Assembly (NCBI GenBank): GCA_963693365.1
Contig: CAVNZM010000009.1
Coordinates: forward strand, 9,623,076 to 9,687,075
DNA length: 64,000 nt
Direction: 5' to 3'
From: Amoebidium appalachense
Taxonomy: Eukaryota > Protista > Ichthyosporea
Shown here: positions 23,691 to 36,607 of the stretch, one piece after another
Layout: every line of letters begins with the position of its first letter
Position numbering within the stretch: position 1 is the first letter of the stretch
Program-made: the position numbers and the translations under genes
The notes under the pieces: generated by a model
What the model was told of the DNA's origin: nothing
Database searches by the model: none
Seen by the model: the letters and a program-made list of their open reading frames with translations, nothing else

Positions 23691-24118
23691 TAGGGGTGTC
23701 AGATACTACGATGGCGCTCATTGTTGCCTAGCATGTACATATGGGGGTTTACACACTTTTTATTGCGTGGACATTGCCGGAGGCCCAGCCACATTCGACG
23801 GGGGGTGCGGCATGCCAGGAGCTACTACTAGAGAGAAGGGGGGGGTATGATTGGAGGGGGGGTGTTCAGCTAACCTTATATGGATAAAGCAAAGTTACAA
23901 GGATTCAAGCCATTGGTTGGGCAAGACCCCTTTTGCCGAATATGGATAACAGATCATACACTGCTGTAGGCGGCGGTCAGGAATTGGCGCGCTCTTTACT
24001 GGTCACAACCAGTCCGGGAAGGCCATGAGCAGCATTGCCGAGCACACTGGAATACGGGAATGTTTGCGGTAACGTAGTCGCACTAGGGGGGCAGGGGGCC
24101 AGGCCCCAAGTGTTTAAA

Positions 24119-25500
24119 ATGAAGCCAGGCTGCCCTAAGGGCACAACACAGCGCCCTGGGCATAAAACAGGCGGAGCTAGGGAGGGAGCTGGGCGCAAAA
24201 AAAAAGATGCTGCATTTGTTCAGAACTTTGCAGGTTTTGGGACGGCAAACAAAGCTGTTTTGCAGGAACTAAACGTAAACGTACAACCCGAACAGCCCCC
24301 TCTATCTAAGGCCGCCGACATAAGGGCCCGTGTAGTTGAGGCAGGTAGCGTCCATTCGTTACCAAGAGAAATGGATCGGGCCCCTGCTCCACACCCACCA
24401 GACATACAGGTGCAACCCGACGAGGAACCTTTGCTAAATGCAGCAGCAGATGCGTACCGGGTAGACGAGGATGAAGGGGAGGAAGAGGGAGAAGATAATA
24501 CGGACGGGGATGACGGTGGAGAGGAGTTTTCTGACGCGGCGGGCGAAACAATCAAGTCGCACCTGCACACAGTGAAAGAGAGTCTCAAAGATGAGAAGAC
24601 GCCTGTGGGGTGGCATCTTCCACCTCCCATTATAGGCTTTAAATTTGGGGGCGATCCAGCGCCTTTCTACAAACCCAGATGTTTTGCCTGGCTTCCGGAA
24701 AGGTTGTCTCCCGGTTTCATGGTGCCGTGCCCCTTCGATGATCACTACGTGGACCCCCACAACCACCCCAACCCACACCGTACTTCTCGCAATGGGTTCA
24801 TGAGCAACCCCGTAGGACGGCGTGTTATCGACTTTGACAGCTGCTACTACATTATCACGGCCCGGTACTTTTGTGACACATGCAAAAAAAACTTTGCCGG
24901 CACAAACCCCCAGACAATTAAACGCCTTCCACTCTTCATGCGTGATCAGTTTCCGGCCTACCTTAGCCACCGCAGTGGGCTCGACCTAAAGGTGGTAACA
25001 TTGTTGCGTGCACTGGCAGACAAAGGTGTGGGCCCAAACGCCTTTGCCACCCTCCTCTCGGAGCTCCACAAGCAGCGATACGACGAGCAGCGGCTCCTGT
25101 ATTACTCGAGGGCGCTGCATTGGACCAAGTATGAACTCAAAAAGCGTAACGATTTCCGCCCCCACGACCAGCGCCTGACAGAACTTCCCCCAGAGGAGCA
25201 GGCGGCTAAGTTCTCGGCGTTTGGTGACAAAAATGGTTACGCTGGACATGTGCCTTCAGGCAAGTGTGCACTGCATTTTGGGTGTGTAAATGGTCCCCAT
25301 TGTTTTGTATGCACGTGCTTGGGCATTTTTTGGGTTGGCTTGGTAGGGTTTTGTTTTATTATTTTTTATTTTTTTTTTTAGGGGGGGGGGGGGGACTTGG
25401 AAATGGGTTTTGGAAGTGTGGTCAATAAGTTTCTATTATGGTGGTGGTGGATGTGTGGTGGTGGATGTGCGCCTGTGAGTGTGCGTGTACTTGTGGGTCC

Positions 25501-25549
<49 letters not shown>

Positions 25550-25804
25550 GGGGGGACATGGTGATGGATTAGGTGGTGGTGGTGGCAATCAGTCATGGTG
25601 GTGGTGGTGGTGGTGGTGGTGGTGGGGGGGGGGGGGGGGGGGGGGGGGGGGAGGGCAGAGGGATCATCAGAGGGGTGAAAGCATAACGGTCCATGTACCA
25701 GTGAGTGTGCTTGGGAAATCGTGGAGAACTGTTATGCCTGAAATTAGATGGTGGGTGTGCGCATGTGTGTCTGTGTGTGTTGGGGGAAAGGAGGTGGAGA
25801 GGGG

Positions 25805-25844
<40 letters not shown>

Positions 25845-28427
25845 GGGCACATGGTGGTAGACTGGATCTTGGTGGCGGTACTTAATGGTTATTATAGTAG
25901 TGGCAGGAGGGTGTGGGGGGAAGGGCAAACGGACGTGCAGGGGACAAACTGCAGATGGGGCACAAAGGGGAAAGAAGGTGAAAGTTGGTGCAATGACTTG
26001 GAGGGTTTGCGCGCGCCGGGAGGGGCGGGGGGGGGAGGGGGGGGGGGGGGGGGAGGGGGGGGGGGGGGGCAAACGGCCGGAGATGGGTGTGTAGCGTTTT
26101 TGAGATGGGAAAAGCCATACAGACTTACGAAAATACAGAGAGGTGAGATGAACACGAGGGACTAGAGGGAATGGGGGGGATGGTCCTGATGGGAGGGTGG
26201 TGGAGTTCTAACAGTACTTGGGGTTCAGGCAAATACCTGAGTGCCGTGTATACTGAGTTCAGCGACCGCACGGCAAAGTACCAGAGCCTGGACACGCAGC
26301 TCAAGCCCGTAAACAACGTGCTCAAGGCCGACCACACCTTCCAAATTGGGAAGCTCACCGGCATCAATGGGGAGCCTCTGTACCGAGGCCTATGGACTTG
26401 TGTAAACGAGCTTGGCGGTGTGTGGTCCCTCCTCTTCTCCCCCCTCCCCCCACTCTCCCCCAGGCCCCCTTCCCCCCCTCCCCCCCCCCCACACACGCCC
26501 ACCCCCCCCCCCCCCACACACACACACACACACGCCCCCCTCCCCCCCCTCCCCCCCCCTCCCCCCTCTAGGGCCTTTAAATCTCTTAGGCTCCACATTT
26601 AATGAGGTGGCACACTGTGAGTAGAGGTTTGTAGTATGTGGGTTTTGGGGACAATTCTTGCCCTGTCGAGCAAAAACTAGGAAGCTCCAGATATGTGTGT
26701 ATGTGTTTTTGCTGGGTAGAGATTGGGGTGGGCTGGGGTGGAGCTTTCTTTTGGCGGGGAATCGGGGGGGGGGGGGGGGGGGGGGGGGGGAGGGGGGGGG
26801 GGGGGGGCAAGCTTCTGCCAAGCAGAATGGGAGTAGGGGCCAGTGATTGCAAGGGATGCAGGGGGGGGGGGGGGGGGGGGGGGGAGACACCACCGTCGGG
26901 GTTGAAGGTAGAGAGGGCAAGAGGCCCGGGGTGGGGGGGGGGGGGGGGGGGGGGGGGGGACAGTAGGTGCCATATGGAGGGCTGTCCCATGGTTTGGGGG
27001 GAGGGGGAGTGGGGAAGGATCGTGGGCACATGGGTTTGGGGGGAAGGCAGAGAGGGGGAAAGGATTGTGATCACAAGGGTTTAGGGGGAGGAAGGGGGAA
27101 GGATTGTAGGTACATGGGTTTAGGGGGGGGAGGGGGGGAAGATTTTGGGGGAAAGGGAGGCCTGGGGAAAGTATGTGGGCACATGGGTTTGGGGGGAAGG
27201 AGGGGGAAGGGTTTTGGGGGAGAGGGAGGGGAAAGTATGTGGGCACATGGGTTTGGGGGGAGGGAGGGGGAAAGGATTGTGTGGGCACTGAAGTCTCGTG
27301 AAGGGCCATGTGGTAAGGGAAGCTAGAACATGCATGGCTGCTCGGAGATGCCCTCTCACACAGTGCGGCACCCCAGAGATCCGGGCGCAGGTATTTACAC
27401 GGGACTGCAGCCACCAGGAGATTGAGCCCGTGATCCAGCGCATCTCTGCCACCACGGCGGCGCTCAACAGCAAGGGCCCGGCCTTCTTCTACACAGATCG
27501 GTGCTGCCAAGACCGGGCGTTTGTTGAGCGCATGTTTCCAACCCTAGCCCGGCCAAAATGCCCCGTCCGTCTGAACGAGGCTGCGCTGGTAAGCGTGACG
27601 GACGGTCTGCCTGGGCTGGAGCTGCCGGCCAACTACCCTAAGCCGGTGTACACCGACTGCCAGGGGGCGGTGGTGGCTACAGCGGCCATTCGTGCCGACC
27701 TGGAGGGGCAGCAGCACCGCGTGGTGGGGCTGGACTGCGAGTGGGTCTATCGGGTGGGCCAGGCGCGGTCCAAGGTTTGCACGCTGCAGATTGCCACCGC
27801 ACGGGCCGTGTACATCTTCCACTTGGCACGCATGGGCCCCAACCACAGCCCGCCCGCGCGGCTGGTGGACGAGCTGATTGCGCTGCTTAGGGACCCCAGC
27901 ATCATCAAGGTGGGCAAGCAGATCGGCACGGACTCGGCCCACCTCAACAAGGACTACGGCACCCCTGTGGCCAGCTATCTGGAGCTGGGCCGGTTCTGCT
28001 ATGCCCGTGCAGCTATCACCTCTGCGGCCCGGGGCTTGGCCGACATCACTGCCCAGGTCATAGGCAAGAAGCTGCCCAAGCCGGCACTTGTTCGATGCTC
28101 CAACTGGCACGAGCCGCTATCAGAGGTGCAGGCCACCTACGCTGCCCTTGATGCATATGCGTCCCTGCAGGTCTACTCGGCCGTGGTCGATAGGCCAAAC
28201 CTGTCAGGTGTGTATCCCACCTGCTTTTTGCCCCAGTGCTTATGTGCTTATGCCAGATATAGAAAGATTGTGGGCCCCCCAGAGGAGAGGGGAGGGGGAG
28301 GGGAGGGGGGGGGGGGGGGGGGGGGGGGGAGGTGGCTGACCACATGGGCCAGTGTTCCAGTTGTGTTATGCTGGGTGTCGGGTGGCTATCAAAGGAGGGG
28401 GTGATTGGTGGTGGTGGTGGTGGTGGT

Positions 28428-28458
<31 letters not shown>

Positions 28459-29496
28459 CTATAGCACTGTTAACACGTGCAAGTGCCACACAAGCTGGGC
28501 ACTGGGAGAGGGGGGGGGGGGAGGGAGAAGGGGGGGGGGGGGGGGGGAAGGGGGTTGCTAAGGAATATGCATTTGATTTTTGTGGAGCGAAGAGAAAAAC
28601 GTTGGTGCTGTGGCTTTTTGGCTGAGTTTTTTGCTTCCCTCTATGACATGCAGCGCGGCTTCATGCAAAGGCACTCGGTGAAGGGGTTGAGATTGTGCCC
28701 CGGCGGGGCCCACATGCTGCAGCAGCCACCGGGGTGGTGCTGGCTGTGCAGCCGGAGCGCTGGGGGGGCATGAAGGTGGGCAAGAAGCATGCAGTGGTGC
28801 GGGTGGATCAGGTGCTGTCGCCGGCCATGCAGGTGCCCTTTGGCCCCGACAAGGGCAAGACCCTGGGAGAGCTGGGCCCGCCGCCCTTTGAGCTGATGGT
28901 GCACCTGCAGTGGCTACGGCCCATTCAGCCCCCACCGGACCCAGGTGCCGAGGTGCCGGTGGTCCCTGACCCAGCCCCTCCCCCTGCCAGTCCTCCCCCT
29001 GCCGAGCAGCAGCAACCCCTTGCCGGCCCACAGGCACCCCCCCAGGACCCCCAGGCAGCCCCGGGGGGCCTTGAGGCAGCCCCAGGGGGACCCGAGGCAG
29101 CTCCCAGAGAGGGCATGTTGGGCCAGGCACCGCCTGGGGAGGTGGTGTGGCAGACTGTGCTGAATGACGCCTTCCACTCCATTGCAAACACGGCGGACGG
29201 CACGTACAAGTCACACCCCCGCAGGGCTGAGTACGCACGCGCACTCAGCGAGGCAATATTTGTGTGGAATGAAGAGGATTACGGACATGTGAAGGTGCCC
29301 CCCCTCCCCCCCCCCCCCCAAAATAAAAAATAAAAAATAAAAATAAAAAAAACGGCAACAACAACATGCGTGACTGACGCGCACACACACATACACTCGT
29401 TAGCACACACTCACCATTCCACCCACAACCATGCACACCTTCGACAAAACTTCTGAGGGAAGAGAGAGAGCCTGAGTTTCAGAGAGAGGGGGGGAA

Positions 29497-29540
<44 letters not shown>

Positions 29541-30125
29541 GGGGGGGAGGAGAGTGGGGGTTATTCATATGCCTAGAGAGAAATAATGTAGGGTTGTGGG
29601 GGGAAAGAGCCACATGCATTTTTTACTTGTGTTGGGGGAGAAGATGGGGGGGGTGGAGGGGAGGGGTCCTACAATAACGGCAGGTATCAAAGTCTACCAA
29701 ACCCAAATTGCAGTGTGCGTAGTAAATTAATATTGGCATCCTGCCTCACAGGGGGTGCTGGAGCAGAAGGGCATCGACATTGAAACCGAGCTCAAGGGCG
29801 GCGACCTGAGCTACTTCATGGAGCGCATCCGGCGGGTTATTCCCGACCCATACACGCTGGTCTCGCGGCTGGTGGAGTTCAAAAACACCTACAAGGATGT
29901 GCCGCCCGGACCGGATGGCAAGCCTCTGTTCAAGAAGGATGGCTTTGAAAGACTCGAGGCAACATCCCCCCCCCCCCCCCCCCCCCCCTGCAGGCGCCCA
30001 ACAACTCCACCACCACAGAAAAGATTCTTCGCTTATTTGTCATCCTTGGTTCATCTGCACACACACGCACACCCTAGCCTCCCCCCCCCCCCCCCCCCCC
30101 CCCCCCCCAAACATACACACACACA

Positions 30126-30189
<64 letters not shown>

Positions 30190-30269
30190 CCCGCACGGCC
30201 CTTGCTGCCTAGCCAGTTGTTTTTTGCCTTTCCCTGCTCGTTTTTTTCCTTAGCAACCCCATCCCCCCC

Positions 30270-30300
<31 letters not shown>

Positions 30301-31965
30301 ACATACACACACACTACCACCACCACCACCCACCCATCTCTCTGATGTTTGCTTGTGCCCCCACAGTCGCTGCTCGAACACGCCCAAAATGGCTGTCTGT
30401 CGGACCCCCCCGGCCTGCCCCTCTACTACGAGACCACTGCCGACGCAGATGGGCTCATGCGCTACCGCTGCATCCGGGGCACCAACGAGGTGGAGGGGGC
30501 AGTGCACAACCCCCTGGCCACCCACTTTGGGGCCACACGCATGTCGCTGCGCCTGCTGGACGCCACCATGTCCAATAGGCGCCACCGCCACAACCTGCGT
30601 GCACACTACCGCAACCGCCTGGGCCAGGCATCGGGGCCCCCCCACTACAGCCCCTGGATTGTTGACGACATGGAGGCACTGGCGCTGATGCTGTACGGCC
30701 ATCACCTCGACCCCCAGTGGGTACCCGTAGGCTGCTACAAGCTACCGGAGGAGTACTTCAACTTTGCCCCGCTCTCCTGTGTGGCCAATGCCCCGGCGCA
30801 GGAGCCAGTTGCGGTGCCCGCACCCCCACCTCCGTCTGATAACATCGAGCCTGCAGCCAATGGCGTGATGGGCGGGCCAGAGGACTGTGAGGTCGAGGAG
30901 GGTGACGGTGCTGCCATGGGGGGGGGCAACCAGGTGGCGCGTGGTGCACCACAGCCGGACCCTGCACTGAGGGGCGACTACAAGTTCCTGGCGCAGAAGC
31001 AACATGTGGCCATCCCCTTCCTTCCGGTGCTTACCCCTCAGGAGCGCAAGCTATTCAGCACGCTGCTCCTGGGCACCTACAAGGCACATGCAAAGCCCAA
31101 CGGCCAGCTGTTCGAGGCTTTGGCCCAAGACTTCAACAAGGCTGCCTCTGTGGCTGGGGGAATCTACATGAAGGATGCGGCCTACATCAAGAAGCATTTC
31201 GACAAGTGGAAGACCTGGCAGACGGCACATGCACAGCGCTCCACACACGAGGGCCTGGCAGATCACCGCAAGCGTATGCGCGAGGAGAGGGCAGACGCTG
31301 TGCCAGCAACCATACGGCCTGCCCCCTTGCCACCCCTCCCTGTTCCAGACGGTGTCGATGCAGGGGCGCAGCGTGAGCGGCCCTTGCCCATGCTAGTGGG
31401 CAAAAAGCATCGCAACATTGGCCCTGAGGGGCCCCTGCAGATGGATTTGCCGGTGCCCCCTCCTATGCAGCCACCCCAGAGAGCCCCCAAGACCTGCAAG
31501 ACGTGTGGCCGCCAGGGCAAGGGCTGCCCCGGCTCCAATCGGGCCAAGAGCTGCCCACGTTGGGTTGCAGCCAATCAGGATGCCATGCCACCAGCACCCG
31601 CGCTTGACATGCAGCAGGGCCATGTGCCGCACATGCCCCCTGCACCCCATCCAGGCCCGCACCACCCACATGGCTGGCCCCCACCGTGGGGCATCATGCC
31701 GCCTCAGCCCGGCCCTGCCTTCCCCATGCCTGGGCTACTGCCGCAGCACGGTCCCCATCCTTACTTGGGCCATGTGGGCCAGCCCTCGGCTGGTGGGCAG
31801 TTCCCACCCCCTTCTCGTGCATCTGCTGTGCTGGGCCTGGCGTTGCCACCTGCTGGAGAGACGCAGCTGCAATGGCACGATCGAAAGCAAAGTAATCGTG
31901 GCCGCAAGTCTGCAGGCAGCCAATCAGGATCTCAGAGTAGTCAGAGTAGCCAAACTAGTGTCTAA
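24119..31965 (+). CDS. Intact 1535-aa DDE transposase (Dada/Mutator-related, DUF6729-like N-terminal region) with an inserted DEDDy (WRN/DnaQ-like) 3'-5' exonuclease
   Basis: Exons 24119-25259, 26229-26417, 27377-28207, 28654-29294, 29752-29958 and 30367-31965 total 4608 nt, in frame with no stops. Transposase motifs: KADHTF (D1), NELGEIR, FYTDRCC (D2), LNDAFH (DxxH), GCLSDPP, RGTNEVEG (E). Exonuclease motifs between D2 and DxxH: VGLDCEW, KVGKQIGTD, RCSNW...YAALDAY. N-terminal GGAREGAGRK; C-terminal CxxC...C..C. Confidence 0.88.
26990..27290. repeat. Degenerate G-rich minisatellite in transposase intron 2
   Basis: Recurring ggggaa(g/a)..tgtgggcacatgggtttggggg units. Confidence 0.7.
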
Positions 31966-32384
31966 TATTGGAATGTACACCAATGTAACGGATCTCATAT
32001 GTGTTGTAGTGCTTCAAGTTATACCTGTTCTTCGTACAGTCATGTTAGGGGGGAGGGGGGGGGGGGGGGGGGGGGGGGGGGCTAGCTTTCATTCCGAAGT
32101 TTACTGTAAAGAATTAAAATTTAGAATCTGAGTAATAGTACAGAGCCTTTGCACTTTTCTCTGTTTTTTAGGAATTCTTTGTGATCGAGAGTATGGTGTG
32201 TTAGACTATTGGTGTTAATGTGTCCTGGAAGGTGTATAATGTCTGCTGGCCGTAGTCAGTATCTATTTTTAGGTATATAGTATATTTTTAAATGTTGGCC
32301 GCTGGCCAATAAATAGCAAATAATAAACACACGATAAAGTCAACAGCGTGCCAAAAAACTAATCCCCAGCGAGCGCACCCAGTG

Positions 32385-32407
32385 ATGTGTGTGTGTGTGT
32401 GTGTGTC

Positions 32408-32487
<80 letters not shown>

Positions 32488-32625
32488 CGCGCGCGTGCGT
32501 GCGTGCGTGTGTGTGTGTGTGTGCGTGCGTGCGTGCGTGTGTGCGTGTGTGCGTGTGTGCGTGTGTGCGTGTGTGTGTGTGAGTGTGTGTGTGTGTGTGT
32601 GTATGTGTGGTGTGGTGTGTGCGCG
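32385..32625. repeat. Long (TG)n/(CG)n/(TGCG)n compound microsatellite
   Basis: Directly visible. Similar tracts occur at 37255-37690, 39252-39365, 42347-42442, 42697-42900 and 57150-57430. Confidence 0.95.
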
Positions 32626-33819
32626 GCTTGTACATATGTACGTGTTCATGTGCACCTGTGTCGGACCTACGAAGTACATGAAAGTAAATTTTGACAGCAT
32701 CGATCTGCCGGTGTGTATGTGTATGTGTGCCAGTGCAGCAGGTGTGCCTTGTAACTGATAGCTTCGCATTTTACGTGTGTGTATATATAGTAGTACGCAT
32801 AGACACTTGCTGATCATTCGGATCGACATTAATATTTAATCTGTCGGTCCTCGGTTTTTTGAGTGAATGATGATCAAGTGTAAGAGCATTCACTTGGCAA
32901 GTATTAATGTTGCAGAGGCTAGCTGCAGCTGCAAGCGTCGGATGCACACTGACAATTGTCTTTTCAGCGAGTCTAACCTGCAGGCAGCAGCTGCACACAT
33001 ATAGGGTTGTTATCTTGCGGCACATGCACGGTGATCATTTCAGAGTAATAGAGTTCAGAGCAATGAAAATAATGAAAATAACTAAACTTTGTGACTACTT
33101 TAAAGTTGCTGAGATCATACGTGGTGCAAGCTGCACTATGAACACATGTATAGTGCTAGTAATTAATACATTTTTGTTGCCTTCTGCAGGGTTATCGTAG
33201 CTACGTCACGGCCTGCACTCAGGGGGGGAGGGGGGGGAGAGGGGGGATGATTCGAAGGGGGTATAAATAAGAACATGCACCTAAAGGTCTTTCCCGTGGA
33301 TCCTCCCCCCTCCCCCCCCCACCTCTCCCCCTCCCCCGGGGCCCCATACTATGATATCAAGGCCCAATATTATATGCCCCTTCCCCCCCCCCCCCCCCCC
33401 CCCCCTCCTCTCCGGATCCCCGGACCCCACTTCCCTACCCGGAGGCTCAAGAGCTCCCCCTTCCCCTCCCCTCCCCCCCCTCCCCCCCCCCCCAAGGCTT
33501 ACGGGGGCCCTTCTTCATCGAGGGGGAGGGGGTGGGGGTGGGGGGGGGTGGGGGGTGGGGGTGGGGGGGAGGGAAGTGGAAGGCGGGGGTGGATGCATGT
33601 CAGCCTAGGTGAATTCAATTGTTTAACTCCAGTGTGCAGGACTGGTCTGAAGGCTTAAGAAAACAACGAGGAAATGGGGTCCAGTGGAGGTGGTGGTGGT
33701 GTTCTGTGTGTGTGTGTACACGTGCACGTATGTGTGTGGTTTTTTTAAGGGGTGAGTGGTGGTGGTGGTGGTGGTGGTGGTCACCGTGGTGGTGGTGTGT
33801 GTGTCTGGTGTGTGTGTGT

Positions 33820-33869
<50 letters not shown>

Positions 33870-35310
33870 TAGAAAGAAAAACTGCTCGTGGGTCACTGTT
33901 TTTCGTCACTGTATTTGTAACGGGCCGCTCATATTTATATAACTACTTTAATTTAAGTACACGTGTTCATTATCATATACGATGGCCAAATATAGAAATT
34001 TTGGCGTCGAAGTTCTTGGAGCTAAAAAAACGTTTAAAAGGGGGAAATAATAGCTTGGCCCCAAATTTACCTTGCCGTTTTTAGCGAATGTATTTTTTAT
34101 TCATGAGTTCTAGTGATTCAGTGAGTGCACGTGCCTGCCTCAGGCTGATCATGACAACTGCAACACACCATTCCTACATGGATATCAACCAAAAGAAAAT
34201 AGTATATACTGTGGTGGTCTCCTAAACCTTGTGCGGCATGCGCATACATGATATTACAGTGACGCATGTGCATATTATTGTTCTGTACACCGGAGTGTGC
34301 CGGTGCACGTGGCTGTTTTGTGCACATGTTACAATAGCAGCACGATCTCCCTAAACTCCATGTTTACACATCCCTCACCCTGGCTCTGCCTTGTCGGTGC
34401 TCCAAAACACACATACAAATCCCCCTAGACTCAGTGCCTGCACATGGTCGCATTCACGTGCAGGTCACGTGACACATGCGATGCCATACTGCCGTCTACA
34501 GCAACAACCACGGCAGCATGTATACCGGCCCAGCACGAAATATACTTATCGGCAGCCCACTGAACTCGCCCATTTTCTCTTTTTCATGTATGTCCCTCCT
34601 TTTTTGTAAAATCACCCTTTTTGGCCTCCCGGTAGTGGATTTTGCAGGATTTGACTTCTTTGAGGTCCAAAAACCTCAAATTTTCCCCGGCGGGGCCGGG
34701 GAGGGAGAATTCAAAAATTGCCCGCTCCTGATATGGTACCCGGGCCACCAAGGGAAGTGCTACAATTCCGGCCCAGTGTGTGAGCGCCTGCAATGTAACG
34801 AGGGGAGTAAATGCAGCAAGAAAGACGGCCAACCTTGCGCTGGCAACATGTTCAGCACACCGGCAAAACTCTATCAGGTGTGTCTTTCCTCTTATAAAAC
34901 AAGTGGGTTGTTGGGCACATCCGAAGTGGTCTTCTGAGTGTTGGATATGTGCAATGTTACAATTGCAGGGTTGGGTTACTTGAAGTGGCAATTCTTGCTG
35001 CCTGCAGACAAAGAGCCTCCCCCCCCCCCCCCCCCCCCCCCCCCCTCCTTCTCGATGGCTCCCCGAACACACTATTCAAGCGGTTTTCTAAATTTCCACA
35101 GTTTTTTCCTGTACCTATATATATATAAATGTTCGTTTTGCGAAAAGCAAGCAAACCGCGTGGAATTGATTTCCGTTCCTTGAGATGTGTTCGTCTGCTT
35201 TCATCCGAATTCAGCGCCTGAAAGTTCAAATTGATTGGTGTCTCCATTTTGTACAGTCCGTATATTCTGTGCTTCAGCCTACGTAACCCCCCCCCCCCCC
35301 CCCCCCCCCG

Positions 35311-35427
35311 GAGGATGGGCTCTGCTATGTTGCACATTGTGAGTTGCTGATGTTGCATACTTGAATGTTCGCCTTTGCATGTGCCCTGCAAACGTGTTTT
35401 CCGACGTGTAATTGTACTTCGTACCGT
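35311..35427 (+). repeat. Dispersed ~117-bp intronic element, copy 1
   Basis: gaggatgggctctgct...gctgatgttgcatacttgaatgtt.gcctttgcatgtg.cctgca...ttcgtaccgt is shared with 63882-64000. Confidence 0.8.
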
Positions 35428-35952
35428 GTTTCTCATTATAACCCCACCGCTCCTTCCTATCCCTCTCTGTTTCCCACCCTCCCACCTTCAACTCTCCCTC
35501 CTTCCCTACCAGTCTCGCCCCCTTCCCTCTGCCCCCGTCCACACCTCCCTCTCGCCCGCGAGATCCCTTCCCTCGTCCCGTTTCCTCTTCCATCTCCGCT
35601 TCCCCCCCCCCCCCTCTCCCCTCCCCTCCTCCCCCTTATTTCCCCTAACGAGTTATAAAGTGGCTCTAACCTGTGCATGCTATCGGTTCCTTTTTTTTTG
35701 GTAGGTTTTGTTTTTATATTGAATGCTCTATTTTTGTTTTCCCACTGTGGCACCTATATTATGGACAAGGCTCTCATTCCCTCACTCTTTTGCCTCCTCC
35801 CCTTCCCTTCCAACTTATCTCTCACCATTCACCCCTCCACTTCTCGTCTTTTCCTCAACCTCCCCCCCCCCCCCCCCAATCAAAAATAATAAATATATAG
35901 AAATAAATATAAAATAAAAATAAAAATAGAATAAAACTAAATAAAAAATGCA

Positions 35953-36490
35953 GGGTCTTCTCAGGGAGAACGTATACCATGCCTCTACTTTTCAAAAGAT
36001 GACCAGCTTTGCATGGGGCGCAAGGCCTGCTGCTGCCACAAGAATGGTCTCCAACAACGCCTTCTGCCGGCCGAGCCCTTTGGTAAGTCGTTTGGTGCGT
36101 TGCATGTATTGATGTAGCTCGATGTAGATAAGGAGGCGATCATATCGCAAGTGTTTGTGTATGCACGTAAGCGGGACTATTATATGCTCCACTCTGCGTG
36201 TGTTTTAAGCTTTTCCGCATACATTGTGACCTTGCATTTATTTCGACCGGCGTCACTGGCCATGGAAAAGCTTTTGCCAGTGTCTGGCTTTACTTTGCGC
36301 TCATGCAATACACATAACTTTCCATGCAGGTGTGCTAACTTGGCTTTTATGCAGAGTGCGTTGGAGCACGTTTGGGATTCTATGATGCACAAATGGGGTG
36401 TGAACACGAGCAGGCGTGGGTTTGCAGCCATTGCATCGGTGTCTGCAACCGCGCACACTGGCAAAACCACACGGACTGAGATGCGGAAAG
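35953..36490 (+). pseudogene. Decayed exons resembling a zf-4CXXC_R1 (CDCA7-type) zinc finger
   Basis: Exons at about 35953-36082 and 36355-36490 splice in phase to IPCLYFSKDDQLCMGRKACCCHKNGLQQRLLPAEPFE...AWVCSHCIGVCNRAHW..*. The family consensus is C..C.g.rg.fC..CL.nRyge...W.CP.CrgiCNCs.C. Several Cys are replaced and one TGA is present. Confidence 0.5.
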
Positions 36491-36557
36491 TGGGTTTCCT
36501 TTATTGCACTCATGCTACCTTAGCAGTTTCCACTAGAGTACACCCTTTCACGACTAA

Positions 36558-36607
<50 letters not shown>

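Noticed and set aside
23690-24030. tRNA/snRNA target fragment or TIR flanking the transposase
   Set aside because: No A/B boxes, T-loop or U1/U6 signature; the best inverted match to the right flank is 6 bp (gcgctc/gagcgc).
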